Assembly: GCA_963745075.1 (NCBI GenBank)
Contig: CAVUWV010000017.1
Span: 1 to 64,000 of the forward strand
Direction of reading: 5' to 3'
Length of the DNA stretch: 64,000 nt
Origin: Candidatus Hydrogenedentota bacterium
Lineage (GTDB): Bacteria > Hydrogenedentota > Hydrogenedentia > Hydrogenedentales > SLHB01
Positions within the stretch are counted from its first letter, which is position 1, and every line of letters begins with the position of its first letter. Below the pieces are notes generated by a model. The model was not told where the DNA came from. It ran no database searches and worked only from the letters and a program-made list of their open reading frames with translations. Positions 9,716 to 18,837 of this stretch are shown here, piece by piece. The position numbers and the translations under genes were made by a program.

Positions 9716-11320
9716 ATGCGAACGTTTGGAATCGTTGTTCTCACGGCGGCTGTGTTGGCAGGCGCCAGCGCCTGCTCCCGCAGCAGAACAGAGCCCAACG
9801 TGCTCCGTATGGCAACCGATACGGAGCCCCAGGCCCTGGACCCGCATCTCGTTACCGGCCATACCGAACACCGCATCCTGACCTCGCTCTTCGAAGGACT
9901 CACGAACCTCAATCAGAAGACCCTGGAAGTCGAACCGGGCGCGGCCGAGTCCTGGGAAGTCTCAGATGACGGGCGGGTCTATACCTTCAAAATCAATCCC
10001 AAGGCGAAATGGTCGGACGGAACGCCGGTCACGGCCCACGACTTTGTGTACGGATGGCGGCGGCATCTTTCGCCGAAACTCGGCAGCGAATACTCCTACA
10101 TGCTCTGGTGTATGAAAAACGCCCAGGCGTACAACGAAGGGAAGATCACCGATTTCGACCAGGTCGGCGTCAAAGCGCTTGACGATCGCACGTTGCAGGT
10201 GACGCTGGACTACCCGGCGCCCTATTTCCTGTCCATGCAAATTCACTACGCGTGGTTTCCCGTGCTTCAGTCCAACATCGAAAAGTTCGGCGCCATCGAC
10301 GACCGCAACTCCAAATGGACCCATGCCGGGAACATGGTATCCAACGGCCCGTTCAAACTGGTTGAATGGTTGCCGAACCAGATTATTCGCGTTCGCCGAA
10401 ACGAGCACTACTGGGCCGCGGACAACATCAAACTTGATGGAGTAGACTTCTACCCCACAGACAATCTCTTGACCGAGGAGCGCCTGTTCCAGTCCGGAAA
10501 AGCGCAACTCATTGAAACGTTGATGGCCACGAAAGTCGCAACCTACCGGAAAGAAGATTCGGAAGTCTTGCGCATCGCTCCCTTCTTTGGCACCTATTTC
10601 TACCGGTTTAACACCACGCGCCCGCCCCTGGACGATCCGCGCGTGCGGCGTGCCCTGGCCATGTCGATCGATCGCCAGTCCATTTGCGACAGCGTCCTCT
10701 TTGGCACCGGCACGCCGGCCACCGCGTTAACACCTCCCGGCCTCGCCGGGTATACGGCAAAGGCCTCCATCCCATACAACGTGGAGGGAGCACGTCGGCT
10801 CTTAGCCGACGCGGGTTATCCGAATGGCGAGGGGATGAGGAGGATCGAGATCCTCTACAACGAAAGTGAAGATCATCAGCGCATTGCCGAAGCCATCCAG
10901 GACATGTGGAAGAAGAATCTGAACGTGAATGCAACCACGACCAAACAGGAGTGGAAGGTCTACCTCAACTCGATGACCACGTTGAACTACGACGTCGTGC
11001 GTTCGGCCTGGATCGCGGATTATCTGGATCCCATCAACTACCACGAATGTTTCGTGACCGACGGCGGCAACAACCGGACGGGGTGGTCGAACCCCAAGTT
11101 CGACGCGCTGGTGGAACAGGCGCGCTACGAACTCGATCACGACAAGCGCTACGATCTCCTCCAACAGGCCGAGGCGATTCTGTTGGAGGAAGCGCCGATC
11201 GCGCCAATCTACACGTACATGCAGAAGTTTCTCATCGCACCGGAAGTTCAATGGCCGGGCTCGAATCCCCTCGGCTACTTGAACTACCGGTACTTCTCGC
11301 TCGCCGGGCCGGGCTCGTGA
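9716..11320 (+). CDS. oppA: Oligopeptide ABC transporter substrate-binding lipoprotein
   Basis: Lipobox-like LAGASAC; LDPH, LFEGL, AESWEVSDDGRVYTF, KWSDGTPVTAHDF, SNGPFKL, WIADYLDP; first gene of the opp operon. Confidence 0.92.
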   Translation: MRTFGIVVLTAAVLAGASACSRSRTEPNVLRMATDTEPQALDPHLVTGHTEHRILTSLFEGLTNLNQKTLEVEPGAAESWEVSDDGRVYTFKINPKAKWSDGTPVTAHDFVYGWRRHLSPKLGSEYSYMLWCMKNAQAYNEGKITDFDQVGVKALDDRTLQVTLDYPAPYFLSMQIHYAWFPVLQSNIEKFGAIDDRNSKWTHAGNMVSNGPFKLVEWLPNQIIRVRRNEHYWAADNIKLDGVDFYPTDNLLTEERLFQSGKAQLIETLMATKVATYRKEDSEVLRIAPFFGTYFYRFNTTRPPLDDPRVRRALAMSIDRQSICDSVLFGTGTPATALTPPGLAGYTAKASIPYNVEGARRLLADAGYPNGEGMRRIEILYNESEDHQRIAEAIQDMWKKNLNVNATTTKQEWKVYLNSMTTLNYDVVRSAWIADYLDPINYHECFVTDGGNNRTGWSNPKFDALVEQARYELDHDKRYDLLQQAEAILLEEAPIAPIYTYMQKFLIAPEVQWPGSNPLGYLNYRYFSLAGPGS

Positions 11321-11345
11321 ATGAGCCGCTTAATAAGGGCCGCGC

Positions 11346-12266
11346 ATGACCAGGTTTGTTCTACGACGCTTACTCAGCTTCATCCCGGTCTTTTTCATTA
11401 TTGCGACCCTCGTGTTCTTTCTGCTTCGCCTTGCGCCCGGCGGTCCCTTTCAGGGCGGCGAGCGGTACGTGCCGCAGGAGGTTTTGAACCAGCTTCGCGA
11501 GACCTACAATCTGGACGCGCCACTCTACGTTCAGTACTTTGACTTTCTCGTCGACCTCGTTCACGGTGATCTGGGACCGTCCATGTTTCAGCCCAGCCGT
11601 TCCGTGACGGAGTGGATCGCGTTGCGCCTTCCCGTGTCGCTGGAACTGGGCGCCTACGCTCTGCTTGTGGCGATCTTCCTTGGTATGCTCGCGGGCGTTG
11701 TTGCCGCGCTCAAACCGAATTCGCTGACGGATTACGTGCCCATGTCGCTGGCCATGACCGGTATCTGTGTGCCCAACTTCGTGCTGGGACCCGTACTCGT
11801 GCTCGTGTTCGCGCTGAAACTGGGTTGGTTCCCGGTTTCGGGTTGGCTCTTTCCCATGGACAAAGTGCTGCCCTCCATCACGTTGGGCGCAGCCTACGCG
11901 GCCTACGTCGCCCGCCTCGCCCGCGGCGGGATGTTTGAAGTGCTGGCCCAAGACTTTATCCGCACCGCTCGCGCCAAAGGGTTATCCGAGGCGCGCGTGG
12001 TGGTCCGTCACGCGTTGCGTGGCGGCGTGCAACCTGTATTTGCATTCTTCGGACCGGCGGCGGCCGGATTGCTGACCGGTTCGTTTGTGGTGGAGCAGAT
12101 CTTCCAGATACCGGGGCTCGGCAAGCAATTCGTCGAGGCGGCGTTCAATCGCGACTACACCATGCTCATGGGCGCGGTGCTCGTGTACGCCGCCATGATT
12201 CTGGTCTTCAATCTCATCGTCGACGTATGCCAGGCCTGGCTCGATCCGAGGGTACGCTATGGGTGA
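11346..12266 (+). CDS. oppB: Oligopeptide ABC transporter permease
   Basis: LAPGGPF, GDLGPS, RTARAKGL EAA loop, VVEQIFQIPGLG, LDPRVRY. Confidence 0.93.
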   Translation: MTRFVLRRLLSFIPVFFIIATLVFFLLRLAPGGPFQGGERYVPQEVLNQLRETYNLDAPLYVQYFDFLVDLVHGDLGPSMFQPSRSVTEWIALRLPVSLELGAYALLVAIFLGMLAGVVAALKPNSLTDYVPMSLAMTGICVPNFVLGPVLVLVFALKLGWFPVSGWLFPMDKVLPSITLGAAYAAYVARLARGGMFEVLAQDFIRTARAKGLSEARVVVRHALRGGVQPVFAFFGPAAAGLLTGSFVVEQIFQIPGLGKQFVEAAFNRDYTMLMGAVLVYAAMILVFNLIVDVCQAWLDPRVRYG

Positions 12267-13149
12267 AGGCGTACGTCCAGAAGCAGCGCCCAAAATCGAG
12301 AAGGGCACATCCCTCTGGAAGGACGCGTGGCGGCGTCTGCGGCGAAATCATCTCGCCGTCTTCGGCATGTGCACGCTCTGCGTGATGATCGTACTCGTGA
12401 TTGTCGGTCCGTGGCTGTCACCGTATTCATACGAAACGCAGGACCGCGACCTCGGAGCCGTAGGTCCCACCGTGAGCCATTGGTTCGGCACGGACACACT
12501 GGGCCGCGATCTCTTCACACGCATCCTCTATGGTGGCCGCATTTCGCTCATGGTCGGTTTTGCGGCCACTGCCGTGTCATTGAGTATTGGCGTCTTGTAC
12601 GGCGCCATCGCCGGGTTTGCCCGCGGCCGCACGGATGCCGTGATGATGCGCATCGTCGACATCCTGTACACGATGCCGTTCACGGTCATCGTCATCATCC
12701 TTACCGTCTACATCGGCAAGAGCATCGTGTTGCTCTTCATGGCCATCGGGGCCGTCGAATGGCTGACTATGGCGCGGATCGTGCGCGGTCAGGTTGTGTC
12801 GTTACGGGAGAAAGAGTTCATTGAAGCCGCGCGAATTATGGGCTTGAGCCACGGCCGTATCATCCTGCGGCATCTTATCCCCAACGCGCTCGGCCCCATC
12901 ATCGTCTACACGACCCTGACCATCCCGGCGGTTATGTTGCTCGAAGCGTTTGTAAGCTTTCTGGGCTTGGGCGTACAGGCGCCCATGAGCAGTTGGGGGG
13001 TGTTGATTCAGGACGGCGCCAACACGATGGAAGAGTACCCGTGGATGCTCATTTTTCCGAGCATCGCGCTGTCGCTGACCCTCTTCTCGCTGAATTTCCT
13101 GGGCGACGGATTGCGCGATGCCCTCGACCCCCGCATCGCCAAGGACTGA
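12259..13149 (+). CDS. oppC: Oligopeptide ABC transporter permease
   Basis: SLWKDAWRRL, HWFGTDTLGRD, EFIEAARIMG, LSFLGLG-like motif, GDGLRDALDP. Confidence 0.93.
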   Translation: MGEGVRPEAAPKIEKGTSLWKDAWRRLRRNHLAVFGMCTLCVMIVLVIVGPWLSPYSYETQDRDLGAVGPTVSHWFGTDTLGRDLFTRILYGGRISLMVGFAATAVSLSIGVLYGAIAGFARGRTDAVMMRIVDILYTMPFTVIVIILTVYIGKSIVLLFMAIGAVEWLTMARIVRGQVVSLREKEFIEAARIMGLSHGRIILRHLIPNALGPIIVYTTLTIPAVMLLEAFVSFLGLGVQAPMSSWGVLIQDGANTMEEYPWMLIFPSIALSLTLFSLNFLGDGLRDALDPRIAKD

Positions 13150-13151
13150 CC

Positions 13152-14126
13152 ATGTCGCTGTTGACCGTGGACAATTTGCGAACCTACTTCCACACCCGCG
13201 CGGGCGTCGTGAAGGCGGTGGACGGCGTGTCATTTTCGGTCGAGCCGGGACAGACGCTGGGCATTGTGGGCGAATCGGGTTCGGGAAAGTCGGTGGCGAA
13301 TCTGTCGCTCATGGGGCTCATCCCTATGCCACCGGGCCGTATCGAAAGCGGCAGCGCGAAATTTGACGGCATCGATTTGTTGCACTGTTCCCGGGCACAG
13401 CATCGCGACGTACGCGGCAAACGGATCGCCATGATCTTTCAGGATCCGATGACGGCATTGAACCCGTTCATGCGGATCGGCGCCCAGATCATGGAACCCT
13501 TGCGGATTCACGAACGCTGTTCGAAGAAGGACGCGTACGGCCGCGCGTTGGATGCATTGAAGAAGGTCGGCATTCAAGACGCGCCGCGCCTCATGCGGGC
13601 CTATCCACACGAGTTCTCCGGCGGCATGCGGCAGCGGGTCATGATCGCCATGGCGCTTATTACGCGCCCCAAACTTCTAATCGCGGACGAGCCCACGACC
13701 GCCCTGGACGTAACGGTACAGGCCCAGATCCTGGAGTTGATCAAACGGATTCAGGAAGAAATGGGCATGGCGGTGATTCTGGTGACGCACGATCTCGGGG
13801 TCATCGCGGAAGTCTGCGACCACGTGCTCATCATGTATGCGGGACAAATCCTCGAATCGGCGCGCACGGAGAGCCTGTTCGACAATCCGAAGCATCCGTA
13901 CACCCGGGCACTCATGAGTTCCTTGCCGTCGGCGCGCGAGAAAGGGGAGTCCTTATACAGCATCAAGGGCATGCCGCCGGACCTCACCGAGCCGATGTGG
14001 GGCTGTCCCTTCGCACCCCGGTGCGAGCACGCCGTGCCGCGCTGTGAAACGACGCCCATCCAGCTCCAGGAACTCTTGCCCGGCCACGAGACCGCATGCT
14101 TGCGCGAGCAAGACGGAGAACTGTGA
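13152..14126 (+). CDS. oppD: Oligopeptide ABC transporter ATP-binding protein
   Basis: [32 protein letters not shown]-terminal CPFAPRC; ATG at 13152. Confidence 0.93.
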   Translation: MSLLTVDNLRTYFHTRAGVVKAVDGVSFSVEPGQTLGIVGESGSGKSVANLSLMGLIPMPPGRIESGSAKFDGIDLLHCSRAQHRDVRGKRIAMIFQDPMTALNPFMRIGAQIMEPLRIHERCSKKDAYGRALDALKKVGIQDAPRLMRAYPHEFSGGMRQRVMIAMALITRPKLLIADEPTTALDVTVQAQILELIKRIQEEMGMAVILVTHDLGVIAEVCDHVLIMYAGQILESARTESLFDNPKHPYTRALMSSLPSAREKGESLYSIKGMPPDLTEPMWGCPFAPRCEHAVPRCETTPIQLQELLPGHETACLREQDGEL

Positions 14127-15160
14127 TGGCTGCCGCGCCGATGCTCGAACTGGACGACGTGGCGACCCACTTCCCCGTGCGCGAGGGGGCGTTGATCGAG
14201 CGCGTGGTGGGAACCGTCAAAGCCGTCGACGGCGTATCGCTCCGTGTGGAGCCCGGCGAAATCCTGGGGCTTGTGGGCGAGTCCGGCTGCGGGAAGTCCA
14301 CGCTCGCTCGCACAATCCTGCGTGTTGCACCCATCACGCGGGGTCGCGTCGTATTTGAAGGCCGTGACTTGGCGCGGTTGTCCGCGGCGGAACTGCGCGG
14401 AATGCGCCGACACATGCAGATGATATTCCAGGACCCTTACGCGTCATTGAATCCCCGCATGACGGTGCACGACGCCTTGGCGGAGCCGCTCTGGGTTCAT
14501 CGCATCGTGCCCCGTCGCGAAATCGCGGAGCGCGTGTCCAGTCTGATGGAACGTGTCGGGCTTGCCGCACGGTTTGCACGCAAATACCCGCACGAATTCT
14601 CCGGCGGACAGCGTCAGCGCATCGCTATCGCCCGTGCCTTGGCGTTGGAACCGCGCCTGATCATTGCGGACGAGCCCGTGTCGGCCCTTGACGTGTCGGT
14701 GCAGGCGCAGATCCTGAATCTAATCGGGGCCTTATGTCGGGAAGAAGGTCTCACGCTCGTGCTTATATCCCATGACCTGTCCGTCGTGCACTACCTGTCG
14801 GACCGGATTGCGGTGATGTACCTCGGCCGCATCGTGGAACTCGGGCCGGCGGAGCACGTCTACCGGAACCCGGCACACCCTTATACGCGCGCGCTTATCA
14901 ATGCCATCCCGAAACCGGAGCCCCGGCAAAAACGCGACCGCCATGAGATCCTCCTGCGCGGCGATCCTCCGTCTCCCATGAACCCGCCCCAGGGCTGCGC
15001 GTTTCATCCGCGGTGTCCGTACGCCGAGGAGAAGTGCAAGGCGGCCATACCGCCGCTCGCGGATGCGGGAAATGGACAGGTCGCGGCGTGCGTTCGGCTG
15101 GGGGAGATACCGCAGTGGGCGGGGACCGACCAGCCGAGAAAAATCCCCCCAGTCAGGTGA
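14126..15160 (+). CDS. oppF: Oligopeptide ABC transporter ATP-binding protein
   Basis: GESGCGKS, FSGGQRQR, DEPVSALDVS, GDPPSP, CAFHPRC; TGATG overlap with oppD. Confidence 0.93.
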   Translation: MAAAPMLELDDVATHFPVREGALIERVVGTVKAVDGVSLRVEPGEILGLVGESGCGKSTLARTILRVAPITRGRVVFEGRDLARLSAAELRGMRRHMQMIFQDPYASLNPRMTVHDALAEPLWVHRIVPRREIAERVSSLMERVGLAARFARKYPHEFSGGQRQRIAIARALALEPRLIIADEPVSALDVSVQAQILNLIGALCREEGLTLVLISHDLSVVHYLSDRIAVMYLGRIVELGPAEHVYRNPAHPYTRALINAIPKPEPRQKRDRHEILLRGDPPSPMNPPQGCAFHPRCPYAEEKCKAAIPPLADAGNGQVAACVRLGEIPQWAGTDQPRKIPPVR

Positions 15161-15175
15161 CGAGGGCATCTGTTG

Positions 15176-15274
15176 GTTAGCGACAGGAGAGATACCAAGG
15201 GCACCAGTGACCAATAAAAGAAACTGAAAACTCGGATCACCCGTCACGTCTCTGCCGTCGCTGATGTCTCTGTT
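15176..15274. repeat. Inverted element made of 9-bp-period units (consensus nnCAGnGAC) between convergent genes
   Basis: Left arm gttagcgac/aggagagat/accaagggc/accagtgac; right arm gtctctgcc/gtcgctgat/gtctctgtt (15248-15274). Confidence 0.55.
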
Positions 15275-15294
15275 TTGGGAGCGTCCAGTCCGCC

Positions 15295-16407
15295 CTATTT
15301 CGTCAATTCCTTAATCCGGAACTGAATCTTCAGCGCTTGCCCCTGGCGGTCCACTTCGAGTGTCACCGAATCGCCGACGAACAGGTCCCAGATCGCGAAA
15401 TCAATGTCCGTAGCGGTTAGGACCCGTTGACTGTTGAGCGATGTAATAACGTCGCCGGGACGCAGTCCGGCTTCGTATGCAGGGCACCCCTTCAAGATAT
15501 TGCGAACCACGCAGCCGCTGGTGGCACGCGTGTTCAATTCCCGCAGGATCGGCGCGGGGAGGCTTTGTAAGTCGTCGACCTTGAATCCTGCCCAGGGATC
15601 GCGCCTTCGGCCGTATTTGATGATCTCCTCGGCGACGCGGCGCGCCCGGTTGACGGGGATGGCAAATCCCAAGCCGATATTGCCGCCGCTTTCGCTGAAG
15701 ATCATGGTGTTGATGCCAATGGCCTCACCTTTCGCGTTGACGAGCGGTCCGCCGCTGTTGCCGGGGTTGATCGCGGCGTCCGTTTGAATCATCCCCTGGT
15801 ACAGCCGCTCCCCGTTGCCGATGCTGGGGCTGACGCGCCGGTGATTCGCCGACACGACCCCAACGCTCACCGTCGGTTGGGGGTCCTGCATCAATGGGCC
15901 GAACGGGTTCCCGATGGCGATGACCCATTCCCCGGTGAGCAAGTCGTCCGAGTCGCCGAGAGGGATGCTCGGCAATCCGCTGACTCCCTGTGCTTGGAGT
16001 ATCGCGATGTCCGTGCGCTCGTCAGCGCCCACGACCTTCACGGAAAGCTCACGACCGTCTCCCAGGGTGACCGAAGCCACTTCCTGGGCGTTTTCGATTA
16101 CATGATAGTTGGTGAGAATGTATCCATCGCTACTGAGGATGAATCCACTACCTACGGAATCTTGCCGCCGTTTCTCAACACGGTAGGGTGCGCTGGGCAT
16201 GTCAAAGAAATCCCAGAAATCGCGAAACGCCGGCGGCAATTGACGGCGGGTTTCAAGCTGAATCACGTTAATCGATACGACCGCCGGGGCCGCCCGTTGG
16301 ATGGCCGTGACGATCGCGTTGTGCCGCGATTCATCGACTGCCGCCTGTGCCACTGCGGCCTCCGCCATGAGGAGTGCGGAAAGTAGTAGAACGATTCGGT
16401 TTCGCAT
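15295..16407 (-). CDS. htrA: HtrA/DegS-like trypsin serine protease with one PDZ domain
   Basis: Signal peptide MRNRIVLLL; GSGFI, ILTNYHV, DIA, AIGNPFG, QTDAAINPGNSGGPL; C-terminal PDZ (PAYEAGLRPGDVI). Confidence 0.9.
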   Translation of the reverse strand: MRNRIVLLLSALLMAEAAVAQAAVDESRHNAIVTAIQRAAPAVVSINVIQLETRRQLPPAFRDFWDFFDMPSAPYRVEKRRQDSVGSGFILSSDGYILTNYHVIENAQEVASVTLGDGRELSVKVVGADERTDIAILQAQGVSGLPSIPLGDSDDLLTGEWVIAIGNPFGPLMQDPQPTVSVGVVSANHRRVSPSIGNGERLYQGMIQTDAAINPGNSGGPLVNAKGEAIGINTMIFSESGGNIGLGFAIPVNRARRVAEEIIKYGRRRDPWAGFKVDDLQSLPAPILRELNTRATSGCVVRNILKGCPAYEAGLRPGDVITSLNSQRVLTATDIDFAIWDLFVGDSVTLEVDRQGQALKIQFRIKELTK

Positions 16408-16452
16408 GATAATGAATCCTGATTTGGCAAAGACAAGGACGAATTCGGTTGT

Positions 16453-16485
16453 AACGTAGACGCGGCTGGCAGCCGCGTCTACGTT
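16453..16485. repeat. Perfect palindrome, REP-like (GTAG-flanked)
   Basis: AACGTAGACGCGGCTG-G-CAGCCGCGTCTACGTT, 16-bp arms. Confidence 0.6.
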
Positions 16486-16600
16486 GAGGTCCCATCCTAA
16501 TTTGGACCCAAGGTGCGATTCCTTCAATCTATAATCAATTCGGGCGGCACCCCGGATTCGTTGTGCCGCCCGCCGTTCAAATTTTCGTATGGACGTTTTG

Positions 16601-18775
16601 TTATTGCTGTGTTGCAGGTTTCTCGGCCGGCGCCGATGCCGGCGGTTCGATCGTCTCTGTGGTCGACGCATCCGGTGAAGGCGCGGCGGCACCCTGCGTT
16701 TCTGCTGGAGCGCGCGTTTCCGGGGACGGCGCATTAGCCGAAGCGGCTGGAGCCGGTGCACTCGCCCCTTCGGTCGCGGAAGTTTCAGCCTCAGCGGGTG
16801 CACCTTGCGTCGGCGTCATCGTTTCGCCTTCGGCCGCAGGTGCTTTCTTCTTTGCCATCAACGACGCGCTGGCGGGCGTCAGTTCTTTCACGTCCAGCGA
16901 TTTCGCCATGAACGTTTCGGCTTTGCCGTTGATGGCGACGGGATACATCTCGTTCTGCTCCGCTCCGATTCGCAGCACGTGTTCCGTGCCATCCTTCATG
17001 ACGACCTGCACCGTTGTTTGCGGCTCCGCAGGAAGGTCGGCCTGACCGAAATTGATTTTGGCGATCTGGAATCCCGAGAGTGCTGTCGCCAAATCATCGG
17101 CGGCGTCGCCGTTCGCGTCGGATGTCTGTCCGTTCACCGTGATAGTCCACATTCCGTTGTCGCGGGCCAACGTGAACCCGTCTTCCGCGCGCGAAACATT
17201 GACCCGTGCAATGCCGTCTTCGTCGATGTCCAGTACGGAATGCTGGTACAAATCGCTCGGAGCGACGAAGATCTTGTCTACGTCGCTCTTGCTCATCACC
17301 AACACGGTGTCGCCACCGTCAAGCTGTGCGTAACGTCCCGCGATACCTGCCGCGTCAGCGCCCGTTACGATGGTGTGCGATTCTCCAGAATCCGTCGTAA
17401 AGGTCACGGTTCCGGAAGGCGCATCGAGTCCCTTTCCGTCCGCACGGTCGGCATAGTCCGCCGGTTGCCAAGACGCCAGTCCGCCGGCAATCGCGTCGAT
17501 TGTGGTCTTTTGCGGTTCGAGATCTGCGGTCGGTGCGTCGATATTCCAACCGTCGCCGGCCTTTGTAATCGTAATGTTACCTTCGGGCTGCGCGATCGCG
17601 ATCTTGGATATCGTACCTTTACCCAAGCTCAGCGACGGCAGATTCACGATGTCGCGACCCTTCGGGAAGACTTTCTCGAAAGTCCATTTCGGCAGTTTGA
17701 ACACAACGCTGCTGTCGGCGGACGCCACCCGCACGTAACCGTCACCTTCCGGATCCGGTCGGCCACCTTCGATGACCACCGCCTCGTCTTTGCCCTGCAC
17801 GTTGATGGTGCAGTGGAACGCGGGCTTCACCAGACCCCAGTCGGCGAGTTTGTCCGGATCGACGATGTCCGTTGCCGTAAGCGGAGCGAAGGCGCCCGCG
17901 AGGTTTTCGATACCGGCTTGTTTCGGTTCACGCCCTGCGCCGCCTTCGGCCAATACCCACGTGGTCTCGGAGCGCGTTTTGGGCTTGGCCGGTTCCGCGG
18001 TGTCTTTCGAAGAGTCTTCGGTTTTGTCCTCCGCTTTGGCCTCGCCAGGCGTGCCTTTCTTTTCGTCCTTGTCCTCCACCTTGGGTTCCTCGACCGGAAC
18101 TTCTTTGGTCTCCTTGGCGATGGTGAACTGCTTATCCGGGGTTTCGATCGTTACCTTCGAAATCGTGTCCTTGGCGATGTTGACGACATCCTTCTTCAGC
18201 CAGGAATCCGGTTTGGGGGCGGCGGCCATGTCGTCCGAATAGAGTCCGGCTTCGCGGCGTAGGTTCACGTCCACCACGTATACGTCCTTGGAATCGGCCG
18301 GGCGCATGAATACCTGGTTGGGTGCGGGGGCTTTGCCCACCAGCACTTCGAAGATAGGCTCTTTGCCGCCTTCCTTCAGGCCCTCAACGTGGAACGCCTT
18401 GTCCGTGCCGAGGTCGTACGGCGCAAAGCCCTTGTCGTCCGAAACCTGCTCTCGCGGTTCACCCTTGAGATCGACGATCTTGTCGAGGTACTCGTCGATC
18501 TTTTCCGGGCTGGCCGGCGCATTGAAGTGCGTGGTCACACGCCACGCTTCCGGATCCTTTGATACCCGCGTCAGGATAACTTTCTCGTCGGGGTTGCCGC
18601 CGGGATACAATTGGAGCACCGCCACGTCGTCCTTCGAGACATCCTTGGGCACGAGCGGGTCCAACTGAACCTGATCCACGATGGTCGGTTCTTTTTTGGT
18701 CGACTGCTTGAGCACGACCAGTCCTGCCAAGACCGCGAAGACCACGATCAAGGGAATCAGCGTCTTCAGTTTCAT
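16601..18775 (-). CDS. DUF4340-like membrane-anchored protein with about four tandem repeats and an Ala/Pro/Glu-rich tail
   Basis: N-terminal TM helix; four units starting V/I-x-K/R-V/I-x-I with W, GL..P and G/Y-V motifs; directly downstream of the Gld-type ABC genes, the usual DUF4340 context. Confidence 0.75.
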   Translation of the reverse strand: MKLKTLIPLIVVFAVLAGLVVLKQSTKKEPTIVDQVQLDPLVPKDVSKDDVAVLQLYPGGNPDEKVILTRVSKDPEAWRVTTHFNAPASPEKIDEYLDKIVDLKGEPREQVSDDKGFAPYDLGTDKAFHVEGLKEGGKEPIFEVLVGKAPAPNQVFMRPADSKDVYVVDVNLRREAGLYSDDMAAAPKPDSWLKKDVVNIAKDTISKVTIETPDKQFTIAKETKEVPVEEPKVEDKDEKKGTPGEAKAEDKTEDSSKDTAEPAKPKTRSETTWVLAEGGAGREPKQAGIENLAGAFAPLTATDIVDPDKLADWGLVKPAFHCTINVQGKDEAVVIEGGRPDPEGDGYVRVASADSSVVFKLPKWTFEKVFPKGRDIVNLPSLSLGKGTISKIAIAQPEGNITITKAGDGWNIDAPTADLEPQKTTIDAIAGGLASWQPADYADRADGKGLDAPSGTVTFTTDSGESHTIVTGADAAGIAGRYAQLDGGDTVLVMSKSDVDKIFVAPSDLYQHSVLDIDEDGIARVNVSRAEDGFTLARDNGMWTITVNGQTSDANGDAADDLATALSGFQIAKINFGQADLPAEPQTTVQVVMKDGTEHVLRIGAEQNEMYPVAINGKAETFMAKSLDVKELTPASASLMAKKKAPAAEGETMTPTQGAPAEAETSATEGASAPAPAASANAPSPETRAPAETQGAAAPSPDASTTETIEPPASAPAEKPATQQ

Positions 18776-18837
18776 CGGTTGCCTCCAAACAGGGCGCCCC
18801 TTCCGCAGGCGCTCATACCGTCGTTACTCAATGCGAA

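Noticed and set aside
16408..16803. Arg-rich N-terminal extension of htrA (502-aa ORF)
   Set aside because: It is an alternative frame of the DUF4340 gene tail plus the spacer; the signal peptide starts at 16407.
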